Part shown: piece by piece, positions 1 to 13,591 of the stretch
Numbering within the stretch: position 1 is the stretch's first letter
How the letters are laid out: the number at the start of each line of letters is the position of its first letter
Assembly: GCF_006345805.1 (NCBI RefSeq)
Contig: NC_043014.1
Span: 19,468,001 to 19,532,000 of the forward strand
DNA from: Octopus sinensis
Lineage: Eukaryota
Direction: 5' to 3'
DNA: 64,000 nucleotides
Program-made: the position numbers and the translations under genes
The notes under the pieces: generated by a model
What the model was told of the DNA's origin: nothing
Databases searched by the model: none
What the model saw: only the letters and a program-made list of their open reading frames with translations

Positions 1-104
<104 letters not shown>

Positions 105-1082
105 GACAGATAGCTAGATATATAGATAGACAAACTTTAAAAATATATTATTATCAAATATTATATGATTTGAGATATTTCTGCAATAAAGTAAAATGTG
201 ATAAAAATGCGCAAAAGTGATGAGGTTCGAAGAGATTTATCATTATAGTGAGAGAAAAATGAATATTGTTGCACTTTCATATAGGGAGCCAACGATTAGT
301 TATTTACGTCTCTAAATGAAGTCGTTATTTTCCCTTGGTTATTTAGAATTCTGACAGTGTGCGATGACATTTTCATGTACTTACTCAAACGTGCAAAACG
401 CAGATTTTTGCTAACACACAGATACTGACTGACATTCTCATTACCATCGACATGTGTATGTGATTGTGTGCATGAAACTGCGAGTACCTGTGTGCCTGTA
501 CATATATATGTGTGTATGTGTGTGTGTGTGTCTGTGTGCGTGCGTGTGTGTTTGGGTAAGTGTGCTTATTTATCCAATTTTGTTTATAAAGCAATACGAA
601 ATACTAAACACCTGCCAACATTTATCTCTCATATATACCATATAAATTTACTGCAATAAAAACAAAAGCTTTGATCCCTTTAAGTCATACCCTACGATGT
701 CGATAAATTAAAGACCCTCCTGTAGTCTAAATTTTGCGGTGGTACAGGATTGGCGAAACTAAAATACAATATTATGATAAGTTTCTGTCCGTCCATGGAG
801 AGGTAAGGTTAAACCACATTTTCCAATTAAAAGGACAACTTCCAACCATTTACTCAATGATAACGATGCCAATTAATTCAGAATGCTTACAGGTTATATT
901 AATTATGATAAATTTACAGTGAACTCGTGGGGGTGTTTTACAAGCTGAAAAAATTGCAATTATACGGTTTAAAAGATTTTATCAATGTTGCCCTGTAGCC
1001 CCGCAACATCTAGCGTGTTAACGGCGTGAATATCACACATTCTTTGTGTATGAGTGTGTATACACACACATATATATATATA

Positions 1083-1140
1083 TGCGGCAGGTTTCTTTCA
1101 CTTTCCGTCTACCAAATCTACTCCCTAAGCTTTGGACGAC
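1083..1140 (-). mobile_element. SINE family A, short fragment
   Basis: ggtttctttcactttccgtctaccaaatctactc..gctttgg matches the body of the family A copies at 8541-8590 and 52651-52700. Confidence 0.55.
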
Positions 1141-2691
1141 TGTTATTGAGCAATGTCAGGTTATGTTTCTTCTGTTTTTGTGTCTTTCTTCTTGTGTGAA
1201 ACAAGTGTTTTTGTATAACAGGTCTTATCTTTAAATTGAATTTTAACCAAGTTTCCATTGTAATATCAAGATGCATACTGAAAAAAATCCTAGCAATTAT
1301 CCGTAATGTAAGATAGCCTAGTTCAAATTACAGTCATCGATATTTATAGTTAAGACTAAGCAACCTCACAGTCCGCATACTATAGTAGTGATATGACCTT
1401 TCTGTTTAACCAGTGTGGATTAAATTGTTTCGGCCAATAGCAACGTTGGGATTCATGCTTTTTCGGTTTTTATTGGTTCAATTTTCGCTTTTCTGTCAGC
1501 TCGTAGAATCATAACAGATATATAACTGTTTCATTATTTCACTGACATATGGCGGCGAGCTGGCAGAAACTAATATACATAAGGTGTTTAGAATATCCCT
1601 GAATAGATTATTGTTTAGTGTTTCATTAGATTTGTGGTACGCTTAATAAATTGAATAAGTGAGATCCAGGAAACAGCCAAAGAACTTCTGATGGTTAATC
1701 AAAAATCCAATTAAATAATTTTACTGAAATGGAGTTGCCGTATTTTAAATATAATTGAGTTACATGTGAAACACAGAGAATATTACTTATGATCTTTCAT
1801 GAATGAAAATGTATCCTGCAAATGTCTCATAACAGCCGGAATATACACTGCAGCAATGGAAATGACACCCGGAGAATGTCGAATCCCCAAGCACATAAGG
1901 ACTAGGGAGCACCAGCTCAGGCTGTTGCTGGATTTCTCGAGTTAAATCCTGCTTACCGTGTTCTCTTCACTCCGGAACCGTCTGGTTGATGGTTCGTGCT
2001 GGGCGAACATATGCCACATGGACACGGCATATGAGGAGGTATCTCGCGAAAATGATGACTAACTATGACTGTGCTCGACTGACCACCCGGGAGAACAAGG
2101 GAATATACTGACTAATGATTAAAGCAGCAACGTGCTGCAATGATGCATATTCCTATAGACCGACACATAGCAATATATTCCGGATTAAAAATAATATAAG
2201 CATATAGCCTTTCTTAAAAACCATTCCAATATACTACTCTACATAAGGCCTCATGCACATAGACATAATTCTAATTAATTCTGATTTTAAAACTGAGTCT
2301 TTCCACTAAATTACTGTTCTATTTTACTTCAGGTGTGATATGGAGTTATAAAAGTGTGGATCATAAGTGCATGCTTATTGCACATACACACATGTTTCCA
2401 CGCACACACATACACACACACAGAGACACGCACACACACACACATACATATCTATATATACAAGTAAGCATATAAATGCAGACCAAAGAGGGAAAATAGT
2501 ACTCGAATACCTGAAGTAGAATTAATTTGCCTTTTTTAAAGCTGCAAAATCTTCGTGAAACTGTTATTCAGACTTTCCTGCTCCTGTATACACTAACGTA
2601 TGATGTACATGTGCAACAGATGTATGCTAATATATCCATCTGTATTTAAGCATACGTATATGTATGTGAAGTCTATTGTTTTTCCTTTTAT

Positions 2692-3124
2692 TTGTTATTT
2701 ATTTCAGCCATTAAACGGCGGCCAAGCTGAAGGACTTTTTATTCGAACGAGTCAATCCCGATACTTATTTTGTTAAAGCCTGGTATTCATTCAATCGCCT
2801 CATGATGAATCGCTAGATTATGGACGCTAGGAAATCAATACTGGGTGTCAACTAATGGGTGGGTGGATGAACCACAAAGAAACACACACATACACACGGG
2901 CTTCTTTTACTTTTCGTCTTCCAAATCCACGCACAAGGCTTTGTTATTGGTCAGGGGCTATAGTTGGAGGAACTTGCCCAAGTGAAGGGCAATGAGTGCA
3001 ATCCGGAGCCACACGTTCGGGAAGCAAGACTGTTACCTCACAGTCAAATATGTGTCTATGCACAGTCATGTATGTGCATATACACAGCTACGCCTGCTCC
3101 TATAACACAGCCACGCCTGCGCCT
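2692..3124 (-). mobile_element. SINE family A, diverged near full-length copy
   Basis: Colinear with the 8292-8703 copy (tail, CA spacer, ggcttctttt..ccaaatccac..cttgcccaag head) with many substitutions. Confidence 0.7.
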
Positions 3125-4229
3125 ATTTACATACTGGCTAAAAACTGTTATAATAATGGTTTGTAACTCTTACGCAGAGTAATACATATTATGGGGAAAA
3201 TGTTGCTGATTTAATCAAAACAATTACTTTACTGCCAGAAGGATGAAAACGAAAGACAAATAAACAGGGATTAATCTCGGAACATGAAAGGTATATAATA
3301 CTATGCACGTTATTAAATCCGACCTTTTGTAGACGCTTCCATTTATTATATTTCAACTATTAATAGGAACTCATCTCATATATTTGAGCAGGAAACGAAG
3401 AAATTATCTATAACTATGTTCACGTTCCTGTCGATCCCTTCTGTATTTCTAATGTTTCTCAAATCTCCAAATTCATTCGTCATCCACGTCACAATTCCCG
3501 ATTTTGAATTTTTATGGTGAAAATTAATGAAAATTGTTCATCAAAGCATCAATGATTCTAGTAATACTCATTGCTATAACATATCCAGTTTCATTTCTCT
3601 TGATAGGTCGTGCGTCCTTCTAATACATATATTCCGGTAAGTAATCTGCCTAATGCAGTTTAATATTGATCTCACATTTCAATCTTAGCAGTAAATGTTA
3701 TATATGACGGATCATGCATTGATTTTCAATTGCTTTATCAACGAATCAGCATACAATTTGTGCTTTAAAGTCACTTGATGAGCTTCAACAGACACTTGTA
3801 GCGTTAATGTACACCTCATGCCGACTCAGCATGAAACTGTGTAAAGCTAAGTCTTATCAATAAGAAGCGCTGTCCATTCCATCTCTTTCATGCCTTTTCT
3901 GTTTAGCCAATTCAGTCCGCAATCTTTGGGTGCACTGAAGCAGTATTTGTAAATATTGTCAAATGAGTGAGACAAAAAAATAAAACTGGTCAAAATGGCA
4001 ACACAAACTTCTAAAATATTCACGCATTCATGTGTCCTAAAACATCATCAGACAGCGAACACAATCAATATATATGTAAAATCAACTGTTGTTGGATCAC
4101 GCACTGGTATCAAAGATCACGATTGAGGCTATTAATAGTTGATAATAATGGAATTCTTATTCGTATATTAATATATAAGCGAAGTAATTCTCTTTCTCTC
4201 TGTCCTTTCCCCCCCTCTCTCTCACCATA

Positions 4230-5740
4230 TATATATATGTTTGGTTTTTTAACGGCTAAGAATTTAATTTCACTTCATAATTTGTAACTGAATTGTAAGT
4301 ATGTATTTGATTTATCCTTATGTCATATTGTTATTTTTGATATTCTGGTTAATTACGAAGTATTTAATGTTGTTTTCATAGGAGTGTTTATGTATATGAG
4401 ATTGGTTGTGAGTTTTTAGTTGTATGATTAATTTATTATCTGTATGAGTGTGGGTGTGTAAATATTGTTGTATATATCGAGTTTAGTGAGTATGTATATG
4501 CGTATATGTGAGGGAGTATATGTATCTGTTGTGTGTGTTTTGCGTGTGTGTGTGTTGTGTGTGAATGTGTAGTTGGGTTTGTTATTTAGGTTTTGGGATG
4601 TATGTGTTAATTGTCTGTGTGGGGAGGGAGTGGGTTTTGGTGTATTTTGAGGTTTATAAGTTAGTATAGGTTTGTGTATAAGTCTTGGGTCTGTGGTTTA
4701 CGTGTGTGTATTTGTGTGTGAATGTTTAGGTTAGGGGGATTGCTATATAAGTTTGTTATAGGGTTAGCAAAGGGAGATTTTATCGTTATATGCTTTTATG
4801 AGTTTTGGTTTATCATGGTTTTTTTTAGGTAATTCGTGGTAATTTGTCTATTTTCGATGTGGTTATTTTTTTACATTGTTTCATTCATAATTTTTGAGTG
4901 GTGTTCGTTTTGCCACGTGAATAACCGGGTGGTGGACTAGCGTTGCTTGGAATTGTGAATGGAATAGTGTAGTAGTGAGGTAGGCATAGAGAATGGGATT
5001 GGGTTACTGCAAGTTGTTTGTTAGAGCTGCTAAGGTGAGTTAAAGCTCATAAATGTATTTAATGATTTTTGTGGGTGTGTAAGTATTGTTGTATATGTCG
5101 AGTTTAGTGAGTATGTATATGCGTATATGTGAGGGAGTATATGTATCTGTTGTGTGTGCGTGTTTTGCGTGTGTGTGTGTGTTTGTGTGTGAATGTGTAT
5201 ATGGGTTTGTTATTTAGGTTTTGGGATGTATGTGTTAATTTGTCTGTGTGGGGAGGGAGTGGGTTTTGGTGTATATTGAGGTTTATAAGTTAGTATAGGT
5301 ATGTGTATAAGTCGTGGGTCTGTGGTTTACGTGTGTGTATTTGTGTGTGAATGTTTAGGTTAGGGGGATTACTATATAGGTTTGTTTTAGAGTTTAGCAA
5401 AGGGAGATTTTATCGTTATATGTTTTTAAGAGTTTTGTTTTATCATGGTTTTTTTTAGGGAATTCGTGGTAATTTGTCTATATTTTCGATATGGATTATA
5501 TATAGGTTATATATGGATTATATACTTATATTTTTTCATTTATACTTAATTATTTAAAATTATTATTTTTATATTTTAAAATTTTGATTTTTTAGATTGG
5601 AAGTCCACCTGAAGATTGTCGATCAAGACAAGAAACGATTGTAGTGGCGGTTTTTTTTGACTATTTATTAAAATTTTATGTATTGATTAAGTCTTTCCTT
5701 GTTTGTTTTGCAAAATAGTGGTTTTGTCTCTAATAATATT
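4230..5740 (+). mobile_element. PLE pseudo-LTR/3' UTR-like element with an internal direct duplication
   Basis: G/T-skewed block flanked by (TA)n. About 410-420 bp is duplicated (about 4450-4860 and 5071-5492, period about 621). An HHR lies near the 3' end, followed by a T-rich tail. The PLE assignment is inferred from this architecture; there is no ORF. Confidence 0.55.
5605..5647 (+). ncRNA. Minimal type I hammerhead ribozyme
   Basis: Helix I CCAC(5605-08)/GTGG(5644-47); core CTGAAGA 5609-15; helix II TTGTC/GACAA with loop GATCAA; GAAA 5632-35; helix III A-C-GATT-G-T; cleavage triplet GUA (after 5643). Confidence 0.75.
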
Positions 5741-5741
5741 T

Positions 5742-5791
<50 letters not shown>

Positions 5792-7861
5792 CTCCAAACA
5801 TGAACAAAGAGAAAACACGACAACGCAAGGACGTAGAACAAGTATATATATATATCAAATTTAAATGTATAAAAATGTGACAAAAGCATAAATATCTGAA
5901 TATATAGAGAGGCATATATATAGAGAGAGAGGCCTATATATGCGCAGGAACTTTAATGACGACAACAATAGACCAATGGCAGCAATAGTAATAATAGTAC
6001 TAACAAAAATAATGATATATCTATACATAATTTCCTAAAGTGTTCATATGAGTTGATATTCTCCCTCGTGTATATCTGCATGCATGCATGTCTGTACGTA
6101 TACCTGAGTCTACGTAATATTTGTAGGTGGAAGGATGTACAGAATACTGTATCTCTCTTTCGTCTCAGGTGGAATTCCATCCTTGCAAAGATATTTCATC
6201 CAAACAAATCCCACCTGTACTCTACTGTTCGTGACAAACTGTATGAAATAATCACTTCATTATGATGTAGATTAAGCTTGAGCCCTTTCCGTTTAACCTG
6301 CCTTCAAGTAACAAGACTTCTTTCTTAAGCTGGCACTGTAGAAAAAATGCATCGTTCCTCAAAAGAAGTTGCTTGGTAATTCCATCGCGATGTAATACAA
6401 AAAACTATGAAAAGTCTCTGAATATTTCTTGTTTCAAATATTGTAACAAGAATTATTTTATTGCAATAATGTAACTGGTTTTCTTTACAATTAAGTATAT
6501 TTTCCTACACTTTAAATGTGTGTATGAGTTTGACAATTGGAATCATGCATTAATTATTTCAGCCTGGCTGTGTTCGTAGACAGTTGAAAAAGAATACTTT
6601 AAAAAAAAATTAAATGATAGCATTGTAGTTGCGGGTGGGACCCTTTAGTCTTTTGGCAAACAATATTTTTAGAGCCAGTCCACGACCACTGGTAAAGACG
6701 GGATAGATATGCAGTAATACATATATGGAGTATCTTAGAGGGAATGGTATACATATATATATATATAAATAATTATGTGTATGTGTATATATATATGTAT
6801 GTATATATATATGTATATATATACATATATATATTATATTCATAGATATGAATATATATATATACACATACATACATGTGTGTATGTATGTATATTTTAT
6901 ATATCAAGCCAAATTGTATTTATGTGCATGACTACATACACACATACATGCACACTTCATATATACGCATATCTTTTGTAAATGTTTTATTTTCATAGCA
7001 TAGTTTTGTTGCTCGTAATGATGGAGGAGTTGTTAATATCGACACTGATAGTGGTAGTAGGGCAGGTGGTATGCATATATGGTGAGCTTGGTGGTGATGA
7101 TGGTGATGGTGGTGTAATCCAATACACTTGGTAAAGTGAATTATTGGCGTGTGTGTTATGAGCAATAAGACAAAGCAGAGTTAATATAAATGAGTTTGGT
7201 GAATTGGAAATAGATCAACTGTCAGAAAAAAAAATGAACGTTTTCTATAGTATATTCTCATTTGAATTTAAGGGATATAGACACACATATTCTAAATTAG
7301 AAACCCATTTACATTTATATGAATGTTTTCTTTGTGTGTGGATACGAGGTGTGTCTGTATGTGTGTGTGTGGTTTCGCTTAGGTATTTTCATAGCAATAA
7401 TATAGGTTAGAACTCATTTCTATGCTTCAGAAAAAAAAGAAGAAAAATGGTTTCTACATGGCAACTCTTAATAGAAACAGCTGTAACCTAATAGAGTTCG
7501 TGACGAAACCCCTGTTCCCTTGCCATTTATTTATTTCGTATATATATATATAATTCTAGGATGGAATTTATAAATATCTAATACATTATTACGCGCGCTT
7601 GTACAAATCACAGGATTCTGAGTTCAGAGTTGGTATCCTTGGAATTAGCATAATATAGTCCATAATGTCCATTGACATCTGGTGGATCATCGTCATTGAT
7701 CCATATCATAAGGCGATACTGCATTATTGGATGAATCACAAAGGTATGTTTATCCTTTCTTGACAATATGAAGGCCAATCTAGCTATGCCCATTATATAT
7801 GTATTATACACACACGCACACACACATACATACACATACACACGTACACTCACATACATAT

Positions 7862-7931
7862 CATATATCTATATATATATATATATATAATATATATATT
7901 ATATTTATTAAATATATATATATATATATAT

Positions 7932-8005
<74 letters not shown>
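7862..8005. repeat. (TA)n microsatellite
   Basis: Long interrupted TA run. Confidence 0.95.
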
Positions 8006-8007
<2 letters not shown>

Positions 8008-8291
8008 ATGTGTGGTCCTCTATATGCTGTGTGTACGTGTTGTAGATAACTGAGTGTATGTGTGTGTTTCTGTATGTGTGTTATATGTACAACTGTGTGT
8101 GTATGAATGTTTGTGGAGAAATATGTCAAACTGCAACGTGAGTGTCCGTGTAGTTGATGCTAATAATTGTTGAACGTGCCTCGTTATAAGCAAATTGTGG
8201 ATGTGTATGTGCGTATGCAACTGCGTGCGTGTGTTTGTGTATATCTGTTATGTGTACGGATCTGTGTTTCTATGTGTGCATTAATACTCTC

Positions 8292-8703
8292 TTTTTACTC
8301 TTTTACTTGTTTCAGTCATTTGACTGCAGCCATGCTGAAGCACCGCCTTTAGTCGAGCAAATCGATCCCAGGACTTATTCTTTGTAAGCCTAGTACTTAT
8401 TCTATCGGTCTCTTCTGCCGAACCGCTAAGTTACGGGGACGTAAACACACCAGCATCTGTTGTCAAGCGATGATGGGGGGACCGATACAGACACACAAAC
8501 ATATACACACACATACGTGTATATATATATACATACATACGACGGGCTTCTTTCAGTTTCCGTCTACCAAATCTACTCACAAGGCTTTGGTCGGCCTGAG
8601 GCTATAGTAGAAGACACATGCCCAATGTGCCACGCAGTGGGACTGAATCCGGAACCATGTAGCTGCTAAGCAAGCTGCTTACCACGCAGCCACTCCTACG
8701 CCT
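8292..8703 (-). mobile_element. tRNA-headed SINE family A, full length (head, microsatellite spacer, tail)
   Basis: On the minus strand: A-box-like TGGCTGCGTGG, B-box-like GGATTCAGTCC, then TTGGGCATGTGTCTTCTACTATAGCC, a TG/TA spacer, and a tail ending gaaacaagtaaaagagtaaaa. Several copies occur in the window. Confidence 0.88.
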
Positions 8704-9371
8704 AGATGCAGAAATGTTTGTCCAATTGTGATGCAGATATGTATTCATTTATTTGATACGAATATTGCTGTTTCATGTGTGTGCAGTGTGTATATGCGAT
8801 ATGTGTGTAGGAGGAAATGTAAGAGAAATATCTGTCGTAATCAGAGGATAAAGGGTATGTGGGTATGAAAAAGGATTAGAAAAAAAAAACACTCTCTGAG
8901 TAGTCTAAATTTAGCGGAGCTATTGTGTAATGCTAACCAAACGTAAGATGCCACGTAGAATGATATGCTTGTCGGAAACAACAGTGGTCGGGTTTCCGAG
9001 CTAGATGTCGAAAAGGGTTTAGACACACGATGACCGACTTTAACAATATACAAGGGATCACAGAGCAGCAGTCAGAGCAAAAGAGCGTGCAATTCAAGGA
9101 ATCAGAAATATGGAAGATGCACTTGTTGGTACTTACGAACACCGTGATATAATTAAAGACAACGTGCCCGAGAACCAAGGGAGAATCAGGAGACAAGTGG
9201 GGGGGGGGCAGAAGGGAGCAACTGCAGGCTAGTGAGTTGCGTAGGTGTATTTGGTGAGCAAATGACAATCTTCACAGAGATGTCCTCTTGGTTGCTCATG
9301 TCAATCAGTATTTACCGAACGTATTCCGTTCTGTAGCAGAAAATACTTACACTGCATAACACTAGTATATA

Positions 9372-9584
9372 CAGGGTGGCCCAAAAGTAGGTTTACAGTT
9401 ATCACATAGGCACTTTAAAAATCTTTTAAGACATTTTATTACATTTCAATTTCTATCTTACAATTAACTAAATTAGCACAGAATAATGGTTTCATAATAT
9501 TTTTATAATTAAGACCTAAACTCTTAATATGTAAATGCGAAAGAGAGAGTTGAATATCTGCAAATCTACTTTTGGGCCACCCTG
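9372..9584. mobile_element. Tc1/mariner MITE (213 bp)
   Basis: Perfect 19-bp TIRs CAGGGTGGCCCAAAAGTAG (9372-9390) and CTACTTTTGGGCCACCCTG (9566-9584), flanked by TA on both sides, with a non-coding AT-rich interior. Confidence 0.92.
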
Positions 9585-10214
9585 TATATATGCATAAATT
9601 TAACAACTTTTACATTGCAATATATGTATGAAAGTACATGTGTATGCGTGTGTGTGTGTTTGAATTTATAATTGTTGTCTAACCAGAATTATTACAGGCA
9701 TAGCATTAAGACCAGTAGGAATGTTATAGTTATGATAGCAATTATTCTAATACTTACAAATCGCAACTGACATTATGCATATCATTTAGCATGTCACGTA
9801 CAATTGTTGCGGGAAGAAATTTATTTATATTGTCAATAACATAGATGCCGTCCACATCAATGACATTCAGTTGGAAGAAATAAGAACATTGACTTGCATG
9901 AGCTGTCTAATCAACGAAAACGTAACATGTGAAAGCGAGATAAAGTGGCAAATTGTAATAGCAAACAGAAAATTTGTAAACAGCCAGCAGATCTTAAACT
10001 TCAAGAATATTCTAAATAGTAACACACTGAGGCTAATGCATTCAATGAATAGCTATAATTGTGCTGTATGTATATGTGTCGTATATTTTAAAAACCAACA
10101 TTAAGGTGAAATTGTTCAGCATTCGAAATAAGATACTTGTTATTTTGTTGAAGACAGCTGTACCAGTCAGTCATTCTTAGGGGAAAATATATACTTCTTA
10201 AGAAGAAAGATACA

Positions 10215-10400
10215 TAGATATAGCAAAGAGCGAGGAAACTGCAATGGTTTGGTCACATCAAAAGAACGATCGGCTAAGTTGCAAATACAATTATGGTTCG
10301 AAAATTGAAGGTAAAGAAACAGAGGTCACCTAAGTGAGATGCATCCGTGATATTGAGTGCTTAGGATTAAAATATTGGAGAAGAACGAAAAGCAACCTGT
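10215..10400 (+). pseudogene. RTE-clade LINE 3' coding remnant
   Basis: 10233-10265 reads RKLQWFGHIKR, followed after frameshifts by ANTIM and IEGK.NRG. This matches the RTE C-terminal pattern RLxWFGHxxR...GKRxRGRP. Confidence 0.7.
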
Positions 10401-10489
10401 GAAACGAGTTTTCTAAATGTGCTTGTGTATGTGTATGCGCGTGTAAGTACATGTGTGCATGAACGTATGTATGGATGTATGCATACATA

Positions 10490-10859
10490 CAGGAGTGGCT
10501 GTGTGGATGGTTCTGGGTTCAGCCCCACTGCGTGGCAACTTGGGCAAGTGTCTTCTACTATAGCCTCGGGCCGACCAAAGTTTTGTGAGAGGATTTGCTA
10601 GACAGAAACTGAAAGAAGCCCGTTGTATATATGTATATATATATATATTATATATATATATATATATGGGTATGTTGTGTGTCTGTGTTTGTCAGCCCAA
10701 CATCGCTTGACAACCGATGCTGGTGTGTTTACGTCCCCGTAACCTAGCGGTTCGGCAAATAAGTACCGATAGAATAAGTCTTGGGATCGATTTGTTCGAC
10801 TGAAGGCGGTGCTCCCGCAGGGCCGCTGTCAAATGACAGAAACAAGTAAAAGAGTAAAA

Positions 10860-10861
<2 letters not shown>
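10490..10861 (+). mobile_element. SINE family A
   Basis: aggagtggctgtgtgg..gggttcagcccc..ttgggcaagtgtcttctactatagcc head, TA/TG spacer, tail ending gaaacaagtaaaagagtaaaag. Confidence 0.88.
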
Positions 10862-10909
<48 letters not shown>

Positions 10910-11185
10910 GTTGTATACTGTCAACTTAATGTGATAGTCCCGTATGGGAATTACACCACCGCTGTTTAGCCCTAGGAAGCATCGAACGCTTCTTGTCGGC
11001 TTTGACACATTTTCTGTGTCCTTATATGTGTCAAAGCCGACAGGAAGCGTTCGATGCTTCCTAGGGCTAAACAGCGGTGAGGTAATTCCCCTACGGGACT
11101 GTCACATTAAGTTGACAATATACAACCACTCTATCGCTCCACCACCGCTCACGTCTCTTTGAGACATTTAGAAATTTAATATTTC
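10910..11185. repeat. Fold-back element with 101-bp inverted arms and a unique tail, between (TA)n tracts
   Basis: Arm 10910-11010 is the reverse complement of 11026-11126 with about 6 mismatches. Loop 15 nt; tail 11127-11185. Confidence 0.9.
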
Positions 11186-11188
11186 TTG

Positions 11189-11358
<170 letters not shown>

Positions 11359-11564
11359 TGAGGGAATATTATTCCTAACTTACTGGAAAAAATTCAATTT
11401 AGAAATACTAAATCAAATTTCACAAAATATAATTAAATTACACCATCTAAAAAATTACATATAATAGAAATATTAAAATTAAAATAACAATAATATACCG
11501 ATGATTAAGTAAATTGCAAAATAATAATAAAAACGTATATATTTGGTAGAATAACTATATATAT

Positions 11565-11686
11565 AGGATGAAACGCAAAGTCGATCTCAGTGGAATTTAA
11601 ATTCACAACGTAAAGATGGACAATATGACACTAAGCATTTTGACCACGTGCTAACGATTCCTCTATCACGCCGCCTGAATATAATG
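11565..11686 (-). mobile_element. SINE family B head, diverged
   Basis: Reverse complement of aggcggcg..atcgttagcacg..aaaatgcttag..gaatttaaattcc..atcgactttgcgtttcatcc; similar to 20630-20760. Confidence 0.65.
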
Positions 11687-12245
11687 CATATATCATTAAA
11701 TATATTTCTATGAGTCTCTCTGTTTGTGTCACAGCGTGTGCATCATGTGAATTCTTTTATTGTTGTACTCATTTCAATCCTTTCAATGCAGCCAAGCACC
11801 GTTTGAAGGAGTTACTACTAATTATATCGGTATAATTTGCTGGAAAGCTATGTTACGAGGACACAAACCAATCAATAGCGATAGTCATTGTATGACTGGT
11901 ACATGTACACATATTCTGCCATATCAATATTGACGCATACATTCATACGTATATAAGTGTGTATGTATATACACACATGAATGTATGTATACATACATAG
12001 ATGTACATATACATACAGACGCACACACATATATAAATATATACGTCGGCGTTCCGTAGAATTTCTACAACTTACATTCATTCACAATGCATTCACTGGT
12101 TGGTTGCTTTTAGGTGTACAGAATAAAATAAAATAAAAATAATGGGCCAGATGTATTACTCAGGAAGAGTCAACCAGAAACCATTTCTTAGCCACAGATA
12201 TGCTGGCGCCTGAATATATGTATATGTGTATACAAACATACATAC

Positions 12246-12650
12246 ATAGCGGTGTGGTAAAAGCTAGCTTCCTAACCACATAGTTCAGGGCTCAGTCTCA
12301 CTGCGTGTAACCCTGGGCAAGTGTCTTCTACGATAGCCTCGGGTTGACCAAAGTGTTGCGAGTGGATTTGGTAAACGGAAACTGAAAGAAACCTGTCTCA
12401 TATATGTGTGTGTGAGTATGTGTATGCGTGTGTGTGTGTCCTTGTGTCTGTGTTTGTTCCCCACCACCGCTTGACGACCGATGTTGGTGAGTTTACGTCT
12501 CCATAATATAGCAGTTCGGCAAAAATATTCGATAGAATAATTACCGGGCTTACAAAGAAGTACTGGTGTTTATTCATTCAATCAAGTATTCTTCAAGACC
12601 GTGCCCCAGCATGACCGCAGTCTAATGACAGAAACAAGCAAAAGATAAAT
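12246..12650 (+). mobile_element. SINE family A
   Basis: Colinear with 10490-10861, including the internal TG spacer. Confidence 0.85.
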
Positions 12651-13200
12651 GATAAATATACATAGATATACATACATACGTACGTACGTGTGTATGTATG
12701 CCTGCATGTATATATGTATGTATGCACGTAAGTATACATATGTGTGAGTATGCATGTCTAAGGAAACCATTCTCTTACAAGGTTTGAGTAATTCCTTTGT
12801 TATAAGCTGCTTTCCATGTAATTAAATTTTCAATTTAAGTAAATATTTCTACAAATATTGACTCTATCAAGAATTGTTTTTTAAAACCTTTCATTAAATA
12901 CTAATGCATTTTATACATTGATAAGCTCACATACACATCTACACGTATATGTATGTATTTGTGTATGTAAGCATGCATGCATTTAGGTATGAATGTATGT
13001 ATGTATTACACACAATAACTCTAACGTGGGATATCGAGCGTTTGTCTGCATCAGCAAGATTTGTATTTCGTTGGGAAAAACATAGAAACAGTGTATTTAC
13101 TATAGGGATTATTAAAGAGAACATAACAAGCGGAATCGACTAAAACACAGCATGCGCAGAAATGGACGATAACATAAGAAACGGCTAATAGCAGAGAAAC

Positions 13201-13247
<47 letters not shown>

Positions 13248-13525
13248 CATGTATATGTATATGTATATACGCACACACAAACACTGACTCAGAGAGATAT
13301 AGCCTATTTGAGAGATCGAGAGAAGCGAGGATTCAATAGGAGGTAAAAGGATAATATGATGAAATATGTTTTGACCTAAACCTTCGAAAAGTTTTTTTTA
13401 GCTCACTGCTTCACATTTTACGACTTCTCCACGTTGTAAATCAGTACAGCGCAAAACAAAGACACATCTGAAATGTTTGCACTTTCCACTGAAAAGAATT
13501 ATATGTATACATAGAAGCATTCGTA

Positions 13526-13591
<66 letters not shown>

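Noticed and set aside
1850-2150. Degraded LINE (WANICHMD resembling WxGHxxRM)
   Set aside because: There is only one weak motif with stops in all frames, which is not supportable without a search.
3330-3960. Possible DNA transposon or transposase remnant
   Set aside because: No diagnostic motif or termini could be identified.
8900-9330. GC-richer segment, possible exon or gag remnant
   Set aside because: Frames are short and no motif or splice pattern is recognisable.
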